Positions 38,640-51,020 of a stretch of DNA of 64,000 bases are shown piece by piece. The translations under genes and the position numbers were made by a program. Source of the DNA: Torpedo marmorata (lineage: Eukaryota); NCBI GenBank assembly GCA_977017645.1, contig OZ360242.1, positions 30,256,001 to 30,320,000 on the forward strand. The letters are read 5' to 3'. The notes beneath the pieces were generated by a model. It was not told where the DNA came from. It did no database searches and was given only the letters and a program-made list of their open reading frames with translations. Numbering within the stretch: the first letter of the stretch is position 1; each line of letters starts with the position of its first letter.

Positions 38640-39505
38640 TGTTACAAAATCAAACCAGCAACGACAGAAGACGCAATGCAAAAGGGGTGAAATTGAAATT
38701 TATATTTATTAAAGACAATTAAACATATAATTTCACAACAATTAACCCCACTATAAACGTCTATAAACACTATTCTTATCTAAAAGGTATGTGTGTGTGT
38801 GTGTGTAAAGCCCAGACCATTACAGTCTGTGCCCAACCCTTATGTAAAAATGGAAAAACTTTCCCCAAAAACCCCAGGTCAGTCATAAAAACAAGTCAGT
38901 CAAAAAAAAAAGAATAATACAGCCCACAAAAATTCACTCTGTAAGTTCAGGTTTCAAATTCAGCTCGGTGTGCTGGTAGAAGTAGGTCTGAATGAACGTT
39001 GGAGAGAGACAATGACTGTTTATGCTTACAAATACTTGTTTTTCTTCTCTGATGACATTCCCTTCTTGTGTTTTCATAAGGATTGCGAATTCAGATCAGT
39101 ATACCACTGATTTAGGCGTGTGCTTGGATCTCACAGCTGGTCTCGCTGATCTCACGCCTGTTCTCCACAGAAGTTGCTTTTAACTCAGGATTTCTCTGAG
39201 ACAGGAGGCCATGTGCTATCCTTCCAGACTTTTCTCTGGGATGCACAAGCCTGGATTTTGCTGTGTTCTCTAGCCTTTGCAACTCCCAACTGCCTGCTTT
39301 TTGCAGAGGTCTGCACCTGCTTTTGCAAAAGTGCAACAAAGTATCTTTTCCACAGCCTATCTCTCTCTCTCTCTCTCTCTCTCTGGGTACACCAAGTCCT
39401 GGGCAAGTTAACTCTTTCAGTACCTGGTCCCAGTGTGTACTCCAAAAGACTTCATCCTTCCTGCTGACCGTCCGCAGTCCAAATGGTCAGTCATGGTCCA
39501 TAACA
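38640..39505 (-). mobile_element. Solo LTR (Gypsy- or ERV-like), 866 bp
   Basis: TGTTA...TAACA termini; 4-bp TSD CTTG at 38636-38639 and 39506-39509; AATAAA on minus near the left end; internal (TG)n and (CT)n. Confidence 0.72.
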
Positions 39506-39656
39506 CTTGGCAAGAGTGTGGGGAGGTTGGCGGAGGGTTTTCCATCTGCAGTGACCTGAAATTCACTCCAAAATCCCCAGAGCATTGGAATTTTTTATAA
39601 ATTACTGAAGGTTTCAGAACTGATCTGGAGAGATCCCACTGGAGGGTTGTCTTAAT

Positions 39657-40378
39657 TTTCAGATTTCAGATTACATACATGACAATACATACAACCCTGA
39701 GATTATTTTTCCTGTGGGTGAGGCAGAATTACCACTTATTGGTAGTGCAAAAAACCCTGCACACAACGTTCACATGTAAACAAATTCAGAAATGTAAACA
39801 AACTGTGCAATTCAGAGAGAAAAAACAATAAAGTGTAAAAGTAAGAGTCCTTAAATGAGTCTCTGATTGAGTTTGTTGTTGAGGAGTCTGATGGTGGAGG
39901 GGTAGCAGCTGTTCCTGAACCTGGTGGTGCGAGTCTTGTGGTACCTGCACCTCTTTGCTGATGGTAGCAGCGAGAACATAGCGTGTGCTGGGTGGTGGGG
40001 ATCCTTGATGATTGCTGCTGCTCTCCGACGGCACCGTTCCCTGTAGATGTTCTCAATGGTGGGGAGGGGTTTGCCTGTGATGTTCTGGGCTGTGTCCTTT
40101 ACGCTCAGGGATATTGGTGTCCCCACACCAGACCGTGATGGAGTCAGTCAGCACTCTTTCCACCACACATCTGTAGAAATTTGCCAGGGTTTCTGGTGTC
40201 ATACCAAACCGCCGCAAACTCCTGAGGAAGTAGAGGTGCTGATGTGCTTTCTTCACGATGACTTTAGTATGTTGGGTCCAGGAAAGAACCTCCGAGGTAG
40301 TGACTCCCAAGAACTTAAATTTGCTCACCCTCTCCACCTCTGATCCCCCAATGATCACTGGATCGTACACATCTGGTT
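39657..40378 (-). mobile_element. Rex/Babar-like LINE 3' fragment (subfamily B)
   Basis: Highly similar to 34410-35151 and to the reverse complement of 45733-46660; IIKDPHHPAHAMFSLLPS...TTRFRNSCYP. Confidence 0.85.
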
Positions 40379-40607
40379 TAATTTAGACATACAACACGTT
40401 GACAGGCCCTTCTGGCCCACGAGCCCGTGATTCCCAAATATGCCAATTAACATACAAACTCCGTATGTTTTTGAACGGTGGGAGGAAACCCGGAGCTCCC
40501 AGAGGAATCCCATGCAGACACGGGGAGAACATACAAGCACTGGATTTAAACCGGGTTCGCTGGCACTGTAATATCGTTACACTAACCGCTGCACTAACTG
40601 TGCCGCC
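40379..40607 (-). mobile_element. V-SINE abutting the Rex fragment
   Basis: Family head, V-domain and tail present. Confidence 0.85.
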
Positions 40608-41201
40608 CACGGTTGTACGAGGAAATGCTTGTTGCTATCAAGACAAACACATTTTACTTTATACTGAATTACGCCACCAGAACTTCCCCATTCTGCCCTA
40701 CTGCTTATTTAAATTTGTTTCTACAACATAGCTATGAAACTTATATAGGCAAGTTAACCCGTGGGAAGTAAGTTCTGATGAATTTGTCTGAAATATAGTG
40801 ACAATAATGATAATTGAGAAATATTTGAGATTTTTTAGCATGTACACTATAGTATCAGCGACATTGGAATGCTAATTGCTGGCAATGGCCCATCGTGGTC
40901 TTTCCAAAGTTGATCCTGAAGCTAACATCATCAGAAACATGACCACGATCCCGACAAGCATCTGAGATGTATTTGCAGCATTGTCACCCCGAACCTTGGG
41001 GAAGTATTGCAGAAAATAAAACCAGTGGATTTGGAGTCAGAATTCACTTTGAATATCAGTCTCTTGTTGAGGTTGTGATGCTCTTGTTTTCAACCAATTT
41101 GAGCCTATAAAATGTCATTAGGTTTTCCCAAATGCAGTAACACAGCTGGACCATCACGTCTGACTGCTACTTCCTTCGACAGCAAACCCACAGCTAAGAC
41201 A

Positions 41202-41439
41202 TAAAGGTAAAGGTAAAGGTTTCATTATTGTCACGTAATACTACATTTAGAATGTAACATACATGAAATTCTTTAATCTTTGTCTACCGTAAGGCAGACA
41301 GAGAGTCGCTACTATGTCCAGCGCCCCTCACAGAAACCTACTGCACCTGGTGTTCCTAGGCGGTCTCCCCTCCAAGTACTGACCAGTCCTGTGCCTGCTT
41401 AGCTTCCGAGATCAGACAATCCCAGTCATATTCAGGCTA
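41202..41439 (-). mobile_element. 5S rRNA-derived SINE (SINE3-type) with LINE-like tail
   Basis: Minus 41439-41334 reads tagcctgaat...gtctgatctcggaagctaagcagg...agtacttggaggggagaccgcctaggaacaccaggtgcagtaggttt (diverged 5S). It is followed by about 110 nt of body ending gtgacaataatga and an (ACCTTT)3 tail. Confidence 0.85.
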
Positions 41440-43129
41440 TTGGTGCAGTCACATGTGAGCAACTAAAGTATAATTCTGCCTTCCTTAGCAACAGAACACT
41501 CTGCCTCAAGGTCACTGGAGATTAACTTCACATTTAGGTTTCTATTACAGCAGTTTATCTTCTTAACCTCTGTTCCCTCACCTCCCAACATCGTACCCAA
41601 CCTATGTAGCACATAGATTAAGGGTGACCAAGAAGAGTTATGGTAGGATTGGTGGGTGTGTAATTGGTTTAAAAGGTGTTTCAGAGAGACCAAGAATGAG
41701 AGCAAGGAGACCATCAGCCCCTCTCCTTGGGCTACCTAAGATTTATTCATCCACTTCAAGTTTAAATTGAAACGCTAATCCTTTCTGGTCTGTGGCAGGG
41801 TTGTATCACAGATGGAACACTGCACAGAGGGTTTGACTTAAATGCCCTTCATGCTAAAGTAACTACAGGGAAATAGGAAATTGTGTTCTGATCCTGAGTT
41901 TAAGTTTGCCCCTTTGGGACCAACATGATTGGGTTCTGCAGCTTAGCAAATCTGAGTTGAGCTGAGTTTATATTTAATTTGACAGTGGGAAAACAAGACA
42001 CCCTGTGACTTATTTTACTTTACCCTTGCCAACAACGGGGTGTTTTATTTAATTACTTTTGCCCCCCTTTCCCAATCAACACCCAGTTTCAATTGAGTTT
42101 CCATTGCAAATAATGGCCTTCATGAGGCAGGATTTAAATAAGATGAAAGCACCTGTTCACAATCAATATTATGACAGAGTTTAACTATCCTTTTCAAAAA
42201 AGGCTCAGATGTTTCCTGTTAAACTTTTCATTCATTTCTACTCTCCTGTGAATTATGTAGCTGAAGTTTTAACATACACCATTGTAATATTTCTGATAGT
42301 TGTGCCATTGATGCTGTTGTGACATAAAAAAATGTAAGTTCCTAATTGAGGTTCAACTTTAGGCTGCATTGGGGTATCTTACCACTTTGGAATATGACAC
42401 TTGAACTCAGTACCCATTGATAGTGGAGCAGGGAATCAACCGGCCTTCCTTCTTTCAATTACAATCCATCCACTGGCTTGGAAGGCTTATTAGTGAGTTG
42501 GAGTTATGCATGACTGCCATGGTTGGAGAGCATGCCATCAGAGTCTAAAAGCTGAGAGTGTAGGGAAAACACCACAACCTGTGGCTCACACAAGGCAGTG
42601 AGCAGAACAGGAAATAAAACATGCTGATTGAATCTGTATTCCCTGCATGGTAAACTTCCAAAAGGTAATATTTATTCATTGTCAATATTGAAGACTAACT
42701 GCATTTAGACAATACATATTTCTCGAAATAAATTGGATTTAAAATGTCACTAATCTTCCAATGGCTTTGTGTGTCTTGGTTCCAGGCTTGTAAAATTGTG
42801 CAAAACTAAAAATAGCCTGTTAATCTGGTCAGGTGATCATCAATTAATTTGTACAAATAATAGAAATAATTAACTGTAGAAGGAAATAAGAGGGGAAAGT
42901 TAATCATTCTACCAGAGTTTAGCATTGTGGAGATTTTGAGAAAAGCAAGTACCGTAATTTGATCAGAATTGATGGGCATATTTCATCATTTCTATTCTGC
43001 ATATTTCTCTGTTCCCCATCCATTCTTATGATTATTTCATATCTACTCGGCCTCTTTCCGGTCTTTCTCTGGCTTGGAGGTCGAGCAGCAGAGCTAAAGT
43101 GGTGTTTCAAGTTGTGACGAAGCAGAGGT

Positions 43130-45611
43130 GAATCAGAATCAGAATTTATTGTCATGAACAAGTCATGAAATTTGGTGTTTTGTGGCACCATCATAGTGCA
43201 AACATTCATATTATAACCATCTTACGACATTATTATAAAAAATATAAATAATAGTGCACTAAAAGTAAGGCAGTGTCTTTGGTTCATTGATTATTCAGGA
43301 ATATGATGGCAGCGGGGAAGAAGCTGTCCTTGTGCCGTTGAGTGCTCGTCTTTGGGCTCCTGTACCTTTTTCCCGATGGTAGCAGTGAAGAGGGCATGGC
43401 CTGGGTGGTGGGGGTCTTTGAGGATAGAGGCTGCTTTTTTAAGACACTGACTCGTGTAGATGTTCTCGATGGAGTGAAGTCTGGTGCCTGTGATGTCACA
43501 GGCCAAGTTAACAACTCTCTGGAGTTTATTCTTGTCCTGAGAGTTGGCACCTCCATACCAGGCAGTGATGCAACCAGCCAGAATGCTCTCCACGGTACAC
43601 CTGTAGAAGTTTACGAGAGTCTTCGGTGGCATACAGAATCTCCTCAGACACCTCACAAAGTATAGCCGCTGGCAAGCCTTCTTTGTGATTGCATCAACGT
43701 GGAGGCTCCAGGACAGATCCACGGAGATGTTGACACCCAGGAATTTAGTTCTTGACCCTCTCCACTACTGAGCCCTCGATGAGGACTGGGTAGTGTTTCC
43801 CTGACTTCCTCCTGAAGTCCACAATCATCTCCTTGGTTTTGTTGATGTTGAGCTCAAGGTTGTTGTCGTTACACCATTCGATGAGCTGATCTATCTCCCT
43901 CCTGTACACTTCCTCATTGCCGTTTGTGATTCTGCCGACAACTGTGGTGTCATCGGCAAACTTGTAGATGGCATTGGAATTGTGCCTGGCCACACAGTCA
44001 TGGGTGTATAACGAGTAGAGCAGTGGGCTAACCACGCATCCTTGGGGTGCGCCTGTGTTGATAATCAGTGAGGAGGAGACGTTGCTTCCATTTGTACTGA
44101 CTGTGGTCTTCCGATGAGAAAGTCAAGGATCAAGTTGCAGAGCAGGGTACAGAGAGGCCTAGAGTTTGTAGCTTCTTGACCAGCACTGAGGGAATAATGG
44201 TATTGAAGCCCGAGATGTAGTCGATGAAGAGCAGCTGTATGTATGAATTGCTGTTTTCGAGGTGATCCAGAGCTGAGGGGAGAGCCAGCGATATTGCATC
44301 TGCTGTGGAGTGATTGTGACGATAGGCGAATTGCAGTGGGTCCAGATCTTTGCTTAGGTACATGTTAATTCTGGCCGTAACCAGCCTCTCAAAGCATTTC
44401 ATGACAGTAGAAGTTAGTGCTACTGGGCGGTAGTCGTTGAGGCAGCTCACACTACTCTTCTTGGGTACCGGGATGATTGATGCCCTTTTGAAGCAGGTGG
44501 GAACCTCTGACTGCCGCAATGAGAGGTTGAAAATGTCCGTGAACGCTCCAGCTAGTTGGTTGGCGCAGATTTTCAGTACCCTGCCAGGTACGCCGTCAGG
44601 GCTTGACGCCTTCCGAGGGTTCACCCTCTTGAATGATGTTCTGATGTCGCCTTCAGAGACAGATATCACAGGGTCCTCAGCCTTTTCAGGGATTCTAGCA
44701 GGCACTGTTTGGTTCTTCTTCTCAAAGCGGGCGTAGAAGGTGTTCAGATCATCGGGTAGTGAAGCATCACAGCCGTCTATAGTGTTCGCCCTCGCTTTGT
44801 AGGCTGTAATGGCCTGCACTCCCTGCCATAGCTGGCGTGTATCTGTCTCTGTCTGTAGCTTCCTCCGGAATTGCCACTTTGCTTCAGAGATGGCCTTCTG
44901 TAGGTCATGCCTGGACTTCTTGTAAAGATCCCGGTCCCCTGCCTTAAACGCCCTTGTTCTCGCCCTCAGAAGGTTGCGAATTCTCTGATTCATCCAGGGC
45001 TTCTGGTTGGGGAACACCCGGTATTTGCGCGTGGGCACACACTCATCCACGCAGGTCTTGATGAAGTCGGTGACACCTGTTGCATATTCATTTAGGGCTA
45101 TGGCTGAGTGCTTGAATATGTTCCAGTCCACCGATTCAAAGCAGTCCTGCAGACGCTCCTCCGCCTCCCTCGACCATACCTTCGCCGTCCTCACCACGGG
45201 TGCTGTGGTCTTCAGTCTCTGCTTGTATACCGGGAGTAGAAGTACAGCCAGGTGATCAGACTTGCCGAAGTGCGGTCGTGGTATGGCTCGGTATGCGTTC
45301 TTCACGGTGGTGTAGCGGTGGTTGAGTGTGTTGGTTCCCCTGGTCTCGCAAGTGATGTGTTGGTGGTAGTTTGTCAGATACTTCTTCAGGTTGGCCTGAT
45401 TGAAGTCTCCGACAATGATCGAGAAGGCATCAGGATGTGCTGTCTCATGGTTGTTTATCACAGTGCTCAACCCCTCCAGTGCCAGCCTGACGTTAGCCTG
45501 GGGCGGAATGTACACTGCGACCAGGATGATGGCGGTGAACTCCCTCGGCAGGTAGAATGGGCGACACTTGATCGCCAGATGTTCCAGGTCAGGGGAGCAG
45601 GACTGGGACAT
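43130..45611 (-). mobile_element. Rex1/Babar-clade LINE, 5'-truncated and frameshifted (end of APE plus RT), subfamily A
   Basis: CSPDLEHLAIKCRPFYLPREF, GKSDHLAV, LNDYRPVALTSTVMKCFERL, LDPLQFAYR and KFADDTTVVG; (TTCTGA)n tail. Confidence 0.92.
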
Positions 45612-45732
45612 TCGCGTTTATTGTTGGTCGTGTGCTTCCCATGATATCCAAATAATATGCATGATTAAAAATACCTGATCTCAGGCATTTTTAAAAGTAA
45701 GTTATGAGATATGAACATTGATACATTGCGTT

Positions 45733-46660
45733 CTTAGCCCCCTGCTCTACTCTCTTTACACCTACGACTGTGTGGCTTGGTACGACAATAACACCATCTA
45801 CAAATTTGCCGACAATACCACGGTACTGGGGTGGCTGAATGGTGCACCAACAACAACCTTCCGCTCAGTGTCACCAAAACCAAGGAACTGATTGTTGATT
45901 TCAGGAAGGGAAAACCAGAGGTATACGATCCAGTGATCATTGGGGGATCAGAGGTTGAGAAGGTGAGCAAATTTAAGTTCTTGGGAATCATTTTCTCAGA
46001 GAATCTTTCCTGGACCCAACACACTAATGGCATTGTGAAGAAAGCACGTCAGCGCTACTTCCTCAGGAGTTTGCGGAGGTTTGGCATGACATCAGAAATC
46101 CTGGCAAATTTCTACAGATGTGTAATGGAAAGTGTGCCGACTAACTCCATCATGGTCTGGTATGGGGACACCAATACCCCTGAGCGTAAAGCCCCGCAAA
46201 AGGTAGTGGACACATCCCAGGGCATCACGGGTAAAACCCTCCCCACCATCGAGGACATCTACAGGGAACGCTGCCGTCAGAGAGCAGCAGCAATCATCAA
46301 GGATCCACACCACCCAGCATACACTCTATTCTAGCTGCTACCATCAGGAAAGAGGTATAGATGCCACAAGACTCACACCACCAGGTTCAGGAACAACTGC
46401 TACCCCTCCACCATCAGACTCCTCAAAAACATCATTCATTTAAGGACTCTTACTTTTGCACTTTATTGATTTTTTAAATTCTCTCTGTATTGCAGTCAGT
46501 TTGGTTACATTCATTATCTATTTACAATTCTTTATTTGTTTACGTGTACGTTTGTACAGTTTTTTTTTGCACTACCAATAAATGGTAATTCTGCAGTTAA
46601 AAGAATCTTAGGGTTGTATGTATTGTCATGTATGTACTCTGACAATAAATCTGAAATCTG
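45733..46660 (+). mobile_element. Rex/Babar-like LINE 3' fragment (subfamily B)
   Basis: KTKELIVDFRK...FKFLGIIFSENLSW...IIKDPHHPAY; tail gacaataaatctgaaatctg. Confidence 0.87.
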
Positions 46661-47683
46661 CTGGTCTTCCTAATTACCTTGGAAGGATGATGGTGAGTTG
46701 CCTTGAACTGTGAAGGTTCTCCAATATAGAGTCTGGCTCAGTGATGCAGGCCTGTGACAGCTGACTATATGTGCCAGGACTGGTTCACAGTCATTTCAGG
46801 GCACGCCAGATCAAGCCTTTAAACGATGACTTCGTTCACCATTATATCCAGGAAAAGATGCTTTTCTTACAACTGTTTGATTGATTTATATATTTCATCT
46901 TCAAACATGTTTGAAATTGCTATATTTATAGTGATGTTTAGGGAACAGATTAGGTTCAGATTGACCATGGTTATATTTGGATCAGGATTTAGATTTGTAC
47001 TTCAGTAGACTTTTACTGTCACAATGCTGTCAGGTAAGAAGCTTCAAGATTGTCACCCAATGATGAGGAATGAATTGATGAGGGCTTTCAGTTACACAGG
47101 GAAAGCTGAGAATGCGAATGATCTCCTCAGTGCAGTGACCTAAACCTCGATGTCATGCAATTAAAGCACCGAGCAGTAACAACGTCCAACTTCCCTCTTT
47201 CCAGTGACAGGAGAATTGCTAAATAGAAATTCAGGAGAAGTGATAAGTATTCTTTCTGTGGCAAGTAGTCATGATCTAGATTAGGTTGGCTGAAGGGGTA
47301 GAGGGACCAGGCTAAAACGTAATATCAAGAGAGAATTCAACACGTACCGAGGAGTTGTCTTCCACTTAAATGCATCATGATGTTCACCCAAGTTATGCCA
47401 TGTGGCAGTGCATGTACTGGAAAGGAAATGTTGCTTGCAAAAGAGCAGAGGGATTGGAAACTTGATCGCTGTCTCAAAGAGCTGCCACAGGCATCATGGG
47501 CTGAGTGGTTGAACTTTGTGCCCTATTTGAGGCGGCCTCCAACTGAAAAACAATTGAGAGAGCTTGTGATGTGCTGTTTGAGCCTCACCCAATATGTTAG
47601 TGAAGAAAATTGCTAGGAAAGAGCTTGTATTTTCAGAGTGTTCTCACAGCTGATAAATTAGTCCATAAATTAGTACTGTATTT

Positions 47684-50406
47684 CTTTTCTTTTCAAAATA
47701 TTTTTATTGATTTTGTAGAGAGAAATATTACAAGATATATATTAATTACATATTGGATACATAACATTTATAAAATGTAATATAGAACATGAACCATAAT
47801 TATCTAGTACATTGTCTTATGCACAACGATAGATAGAATAGAAAATCTCTTATAAGCGAGGACTTCACATCATATTCTTATATTACTGTACATTCATTAT
47901 TAGTTGTCTAGAGTAAACTAGTCTCTTCTACTTATAGGAAATTAATTAAAAAAAAGAAAAAAACCCCATACTAATCCTACCCCTCCCGCTAAACAAGATC
48001 ACCGGCAAATAATATACAGTATAGAGAATCGAGTCTCGGCTCTCAGGCATCAACCAGGAAACCCTCAGCGCATCCTTGCTTAAGTAATCAAGTTATGATA
48101 ATAATCCATGAATGGGCCCCATATATTGTCAAATTTAACCTTAACCTCTTTGATATTGTACCTAATTTTCTCCAAACTCAAGCAAGACATAATATCCTGT
48201 AACCATTGCATATGAGTAGGTGCTGAACTATCCTTCCATTTCATCAAATTGCTCGTCTGGCTATCAATGAAGTAAAAGCTAACATTCTTTTTTGGGTTGA
48301 AATCAAGGAAACACCCTCTTCTTGAGAGTAACCAAACAAAGCAATAAAAGAGCACGGTTCTATTTTAATCTTAAGAATCACTGATAAAGTTTAGAAGATT
48401 TGTTCCCAAAATTCTTTTTAGTTTTGGACATTCCCAAAACATATGAATCAATGAGGCCTCAAATATTTTACATTTATCACATAATGGATCAATATCAGAA
48501 TAAAACCGAGATAATTTAACTTTAGACAATTGTATTCTATGTACCACTTTAAATTGTAATAAACAATGTTGTGCACAGAATGAAGTATTATTAACCAGCT
48601 CAAGCATAGTGTTCCAGTCCTCGTCTGGAATTGATATATTCAAATCTCTTTCCCATTCATTCTTGATTCCCATCCATGAGGTTATTCTTAGGTCCATCAA
48701 ATTATTGTAAATAATTGCTATCAATCCACCATGGGAAAACTTTAAATCAAAAAGTAAATCAAGAATATTAGTTTCGGGAATTCGAGGAAAATTAAAAAGT
48801 TTGGACTGAGCAAAGTGCCTGATTTGTAGGTACCTAAAGAAATGTCTATTAGGAAGGTTAAATTTAACTGTTACCGTATTTGACGGCATATAAGACCCCC
48901 CCTTTTTTCCCAAAAACATCGCCTCAAAAACCACCCTGGGTCTTATACGCGAAGGTGAAATTTTGGTGCCGCCATTTTGGGCACTGAGAGGAGTCCAGGA
49001 AGCGGGCCCACAGCTTCGCGGACCACCTTCCCTTGGGTGGCCCGTACTTTTCCGAGTCGCCGCTGCTCACTTTCCCTGGTAAAAAGGCTCGCTCTCTCCC
49101 TCCTTCCCGCCCACCCGCTCTCTCCCTCCCATTCGCTCTCCCCACCCATTCGCTCTCCCCATCGCTCGCTCCCCGCCCGTTTGCTCTCCCCGCCCGTTCG
49201 CTCTTGCCCGCTCTCTCCCCACCCATTCGCTCTCACCAACAGTGCATTGAGGGGAGCGCTGGGCCTCGTTGATCAGCCTTTGTTCGACGAGCACGGACCC
49301 TCGAGCAAATTGAATGAGGCGCGGGGGCGGGTGGCAGTGAGCGAGCGGCCTGTCAAGCTCAGCTCAACAGGCCGCCCGCTTGCCCACTGCCACCCGCGCC
49401 TCATTCAATCTGTTCAGGGGGCCGTCCGCGTCAAAGGCTCAGCGTGGAGCCTGATCACCGAGGCCCAGCGCTCCACTCAAAGCAAGCGATCGATTGTCTG
49501 CTCCCCGCGACGGTGGGCCTGGGCCCTGCCCGTTATCCTGGCTTCTCTCCCTCGCGCACCCATGGGTCCTGGCACACCTGTCAATCAATTAGCGTTTGGA
49601 CGGTGGGGGGGGGGGGAAGCAGCCTGAACCTCGGCGTGTGGCGGGCAGGAGGACGTGTTGCTGCTGTGAAGGTAAATACACTAAAACAAATTTTTCCTGA
49701 AATCTCATGCTAAAAATGGGGGACCTATATGCCATGTGGGTCCTATATGCCGTCAAATACGGTAATTTTTCAAATGAAGCAAAGTTACCTCGAATATAAA
49801 GATCCCTGAAACTTTTTATGCCTAATCTATCCCACTCCTTGAAACCTGAATCCAAGATAGAGGGTTGAAAAAGATGATTCTTTATAATAGGGCTGGCAAG
49901 AAAAACATTGAGATAACCAACGCATTTCCTAAATTGTGCCCATATTCTCAACCTGTGTCTCATTATCAGATTGTCGGTCAGTTTCGAAAAGGAAAAGGGT
50001 AAAGAAGAACCTAAAACTGCCAACATAGCTAAGCTTTTTGAAAAATTCAGTTCCATTTCTACCCAGGAAGGGTGATCCTCTGAAATATCAAAATGTAATA
50101 ATAATAATAAATTTTGTATATTGACTGCCCAATAATAACATCTAAAATTTGGAAGAGATAAACCTCCATTCCTTTTGGTCCTTTGAAGATAAGCCTTGTT
50201 AATACGGGGCTGTTTACCTTGCCATATATACAAAGAAATAATCAAATCCAATGAATTAAAATAAGATTTAGGAATGAAAATTGGTAAAGATTGAAACATA
50301 TACAAAAATGTAGGTAGAATGTTCATTTTAATTGTATTAATTCGTCCAATCATAGTCATAAATAAGGGCGACCATCCCAATAATAATACTTTGGTCTGAT
50401 TAATTA
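47684..50406 (-). mobile_element. L1 3' portion interrupted by a Tc2-type MITE
   Basis: Minus ORFs GRINTIKMNILP...GGLSLPNFRCYYWA; FRYLQIRHF; CDKC...HMFWECPKL; LEKIRY. T-rich 3' end at about 47684. Confidence 0.9.
48874..49762. mobile_element. Tc2/pogo-type MITE, second copy, nested in L1
   Basis: TIR CCGTATTTGACGGCATATA ... TATATGCCGTCAAATACGG; TA TSD at 48872-48873 and 49763-49764. Confidence 0.92.
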
Positions 50407-50889
50407 AAATTAGTATTTAATCAGTGGAGATTTAAAATGATTTGAAGCCTCAAGCTTGTCTTCCAGAGCTGCTGATGCATGCAGCATTTTATCGCATGAT
50501 CTGAAACATCTGGCACATTGTGATTTATTACCTGCACTTGGAGTATCATGCTAATGTTCTCAGAGTAATGGGCTTCCTTTTTAGGAACCTTTATGTGACT
50601 GCTGACTGCCTTATAAATAGCAGTTTGCATATGTTGATTCGTAAACCAGATTTTCTTTACCAATAGAAGCATAAAAGTTTAATCTGACTACCAAATGTAC
50701 ATGCAAGCACTGCCCTTGTCTCTAAACATGTGCCTCTCCTGGCCCTGATGTACAGAGATATTTGCATCGCCTGGAGATAGAATGCAGCCTAGCAGAGCCC
50801 GATAGCTTCAAGCACTCTAGTTTCATAAGAGCAATGTTAGTGGCTCAGTATTGAAGGAAGTGAGATAAAATACCTAGATGATTTGATAG

Positions 50890-51020
50890 AAAATAAAAGC
50901 AGGAAATACTGGAAACAGACAGCAGGTCAGGCAGCATCCATGGAAAGAGAAACAGATTTAATGCTTCAGGCTGTTGACCCTTTATCATTTCCAGCATTTG
51001 CAAGGTTTTGATATTTTTAG
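50890..51020. mobile_element. Old Penelope-derived terminal/fold-back fragment
   Basis: aaaagcaggaaatactggaaac...agcaggtcaggcagcatccatgg...ttccagcattt. Confidence 0.55.

Noticed and set aside
41334-41439. Functional 5S rRNA gene
   Set aside because: 5' end missing or diverged, many substitutions, altered box C, no tandem array, and fused to a retroposon tail.
44130-45611. 493-aa ORF as an active or domesticated reverse transcriptase
   Set aside because: 5'-truncated, RT domain split by frameshifts, ordinary Rex/Babar copy.
43130-46660. Divergent Rex copies as a single twin-primed inverted insertion
   Set aside because: They belong to different subfamilies with different 3' tails, are separated by about 120 nt of unrelated DNA, and share no TSD.
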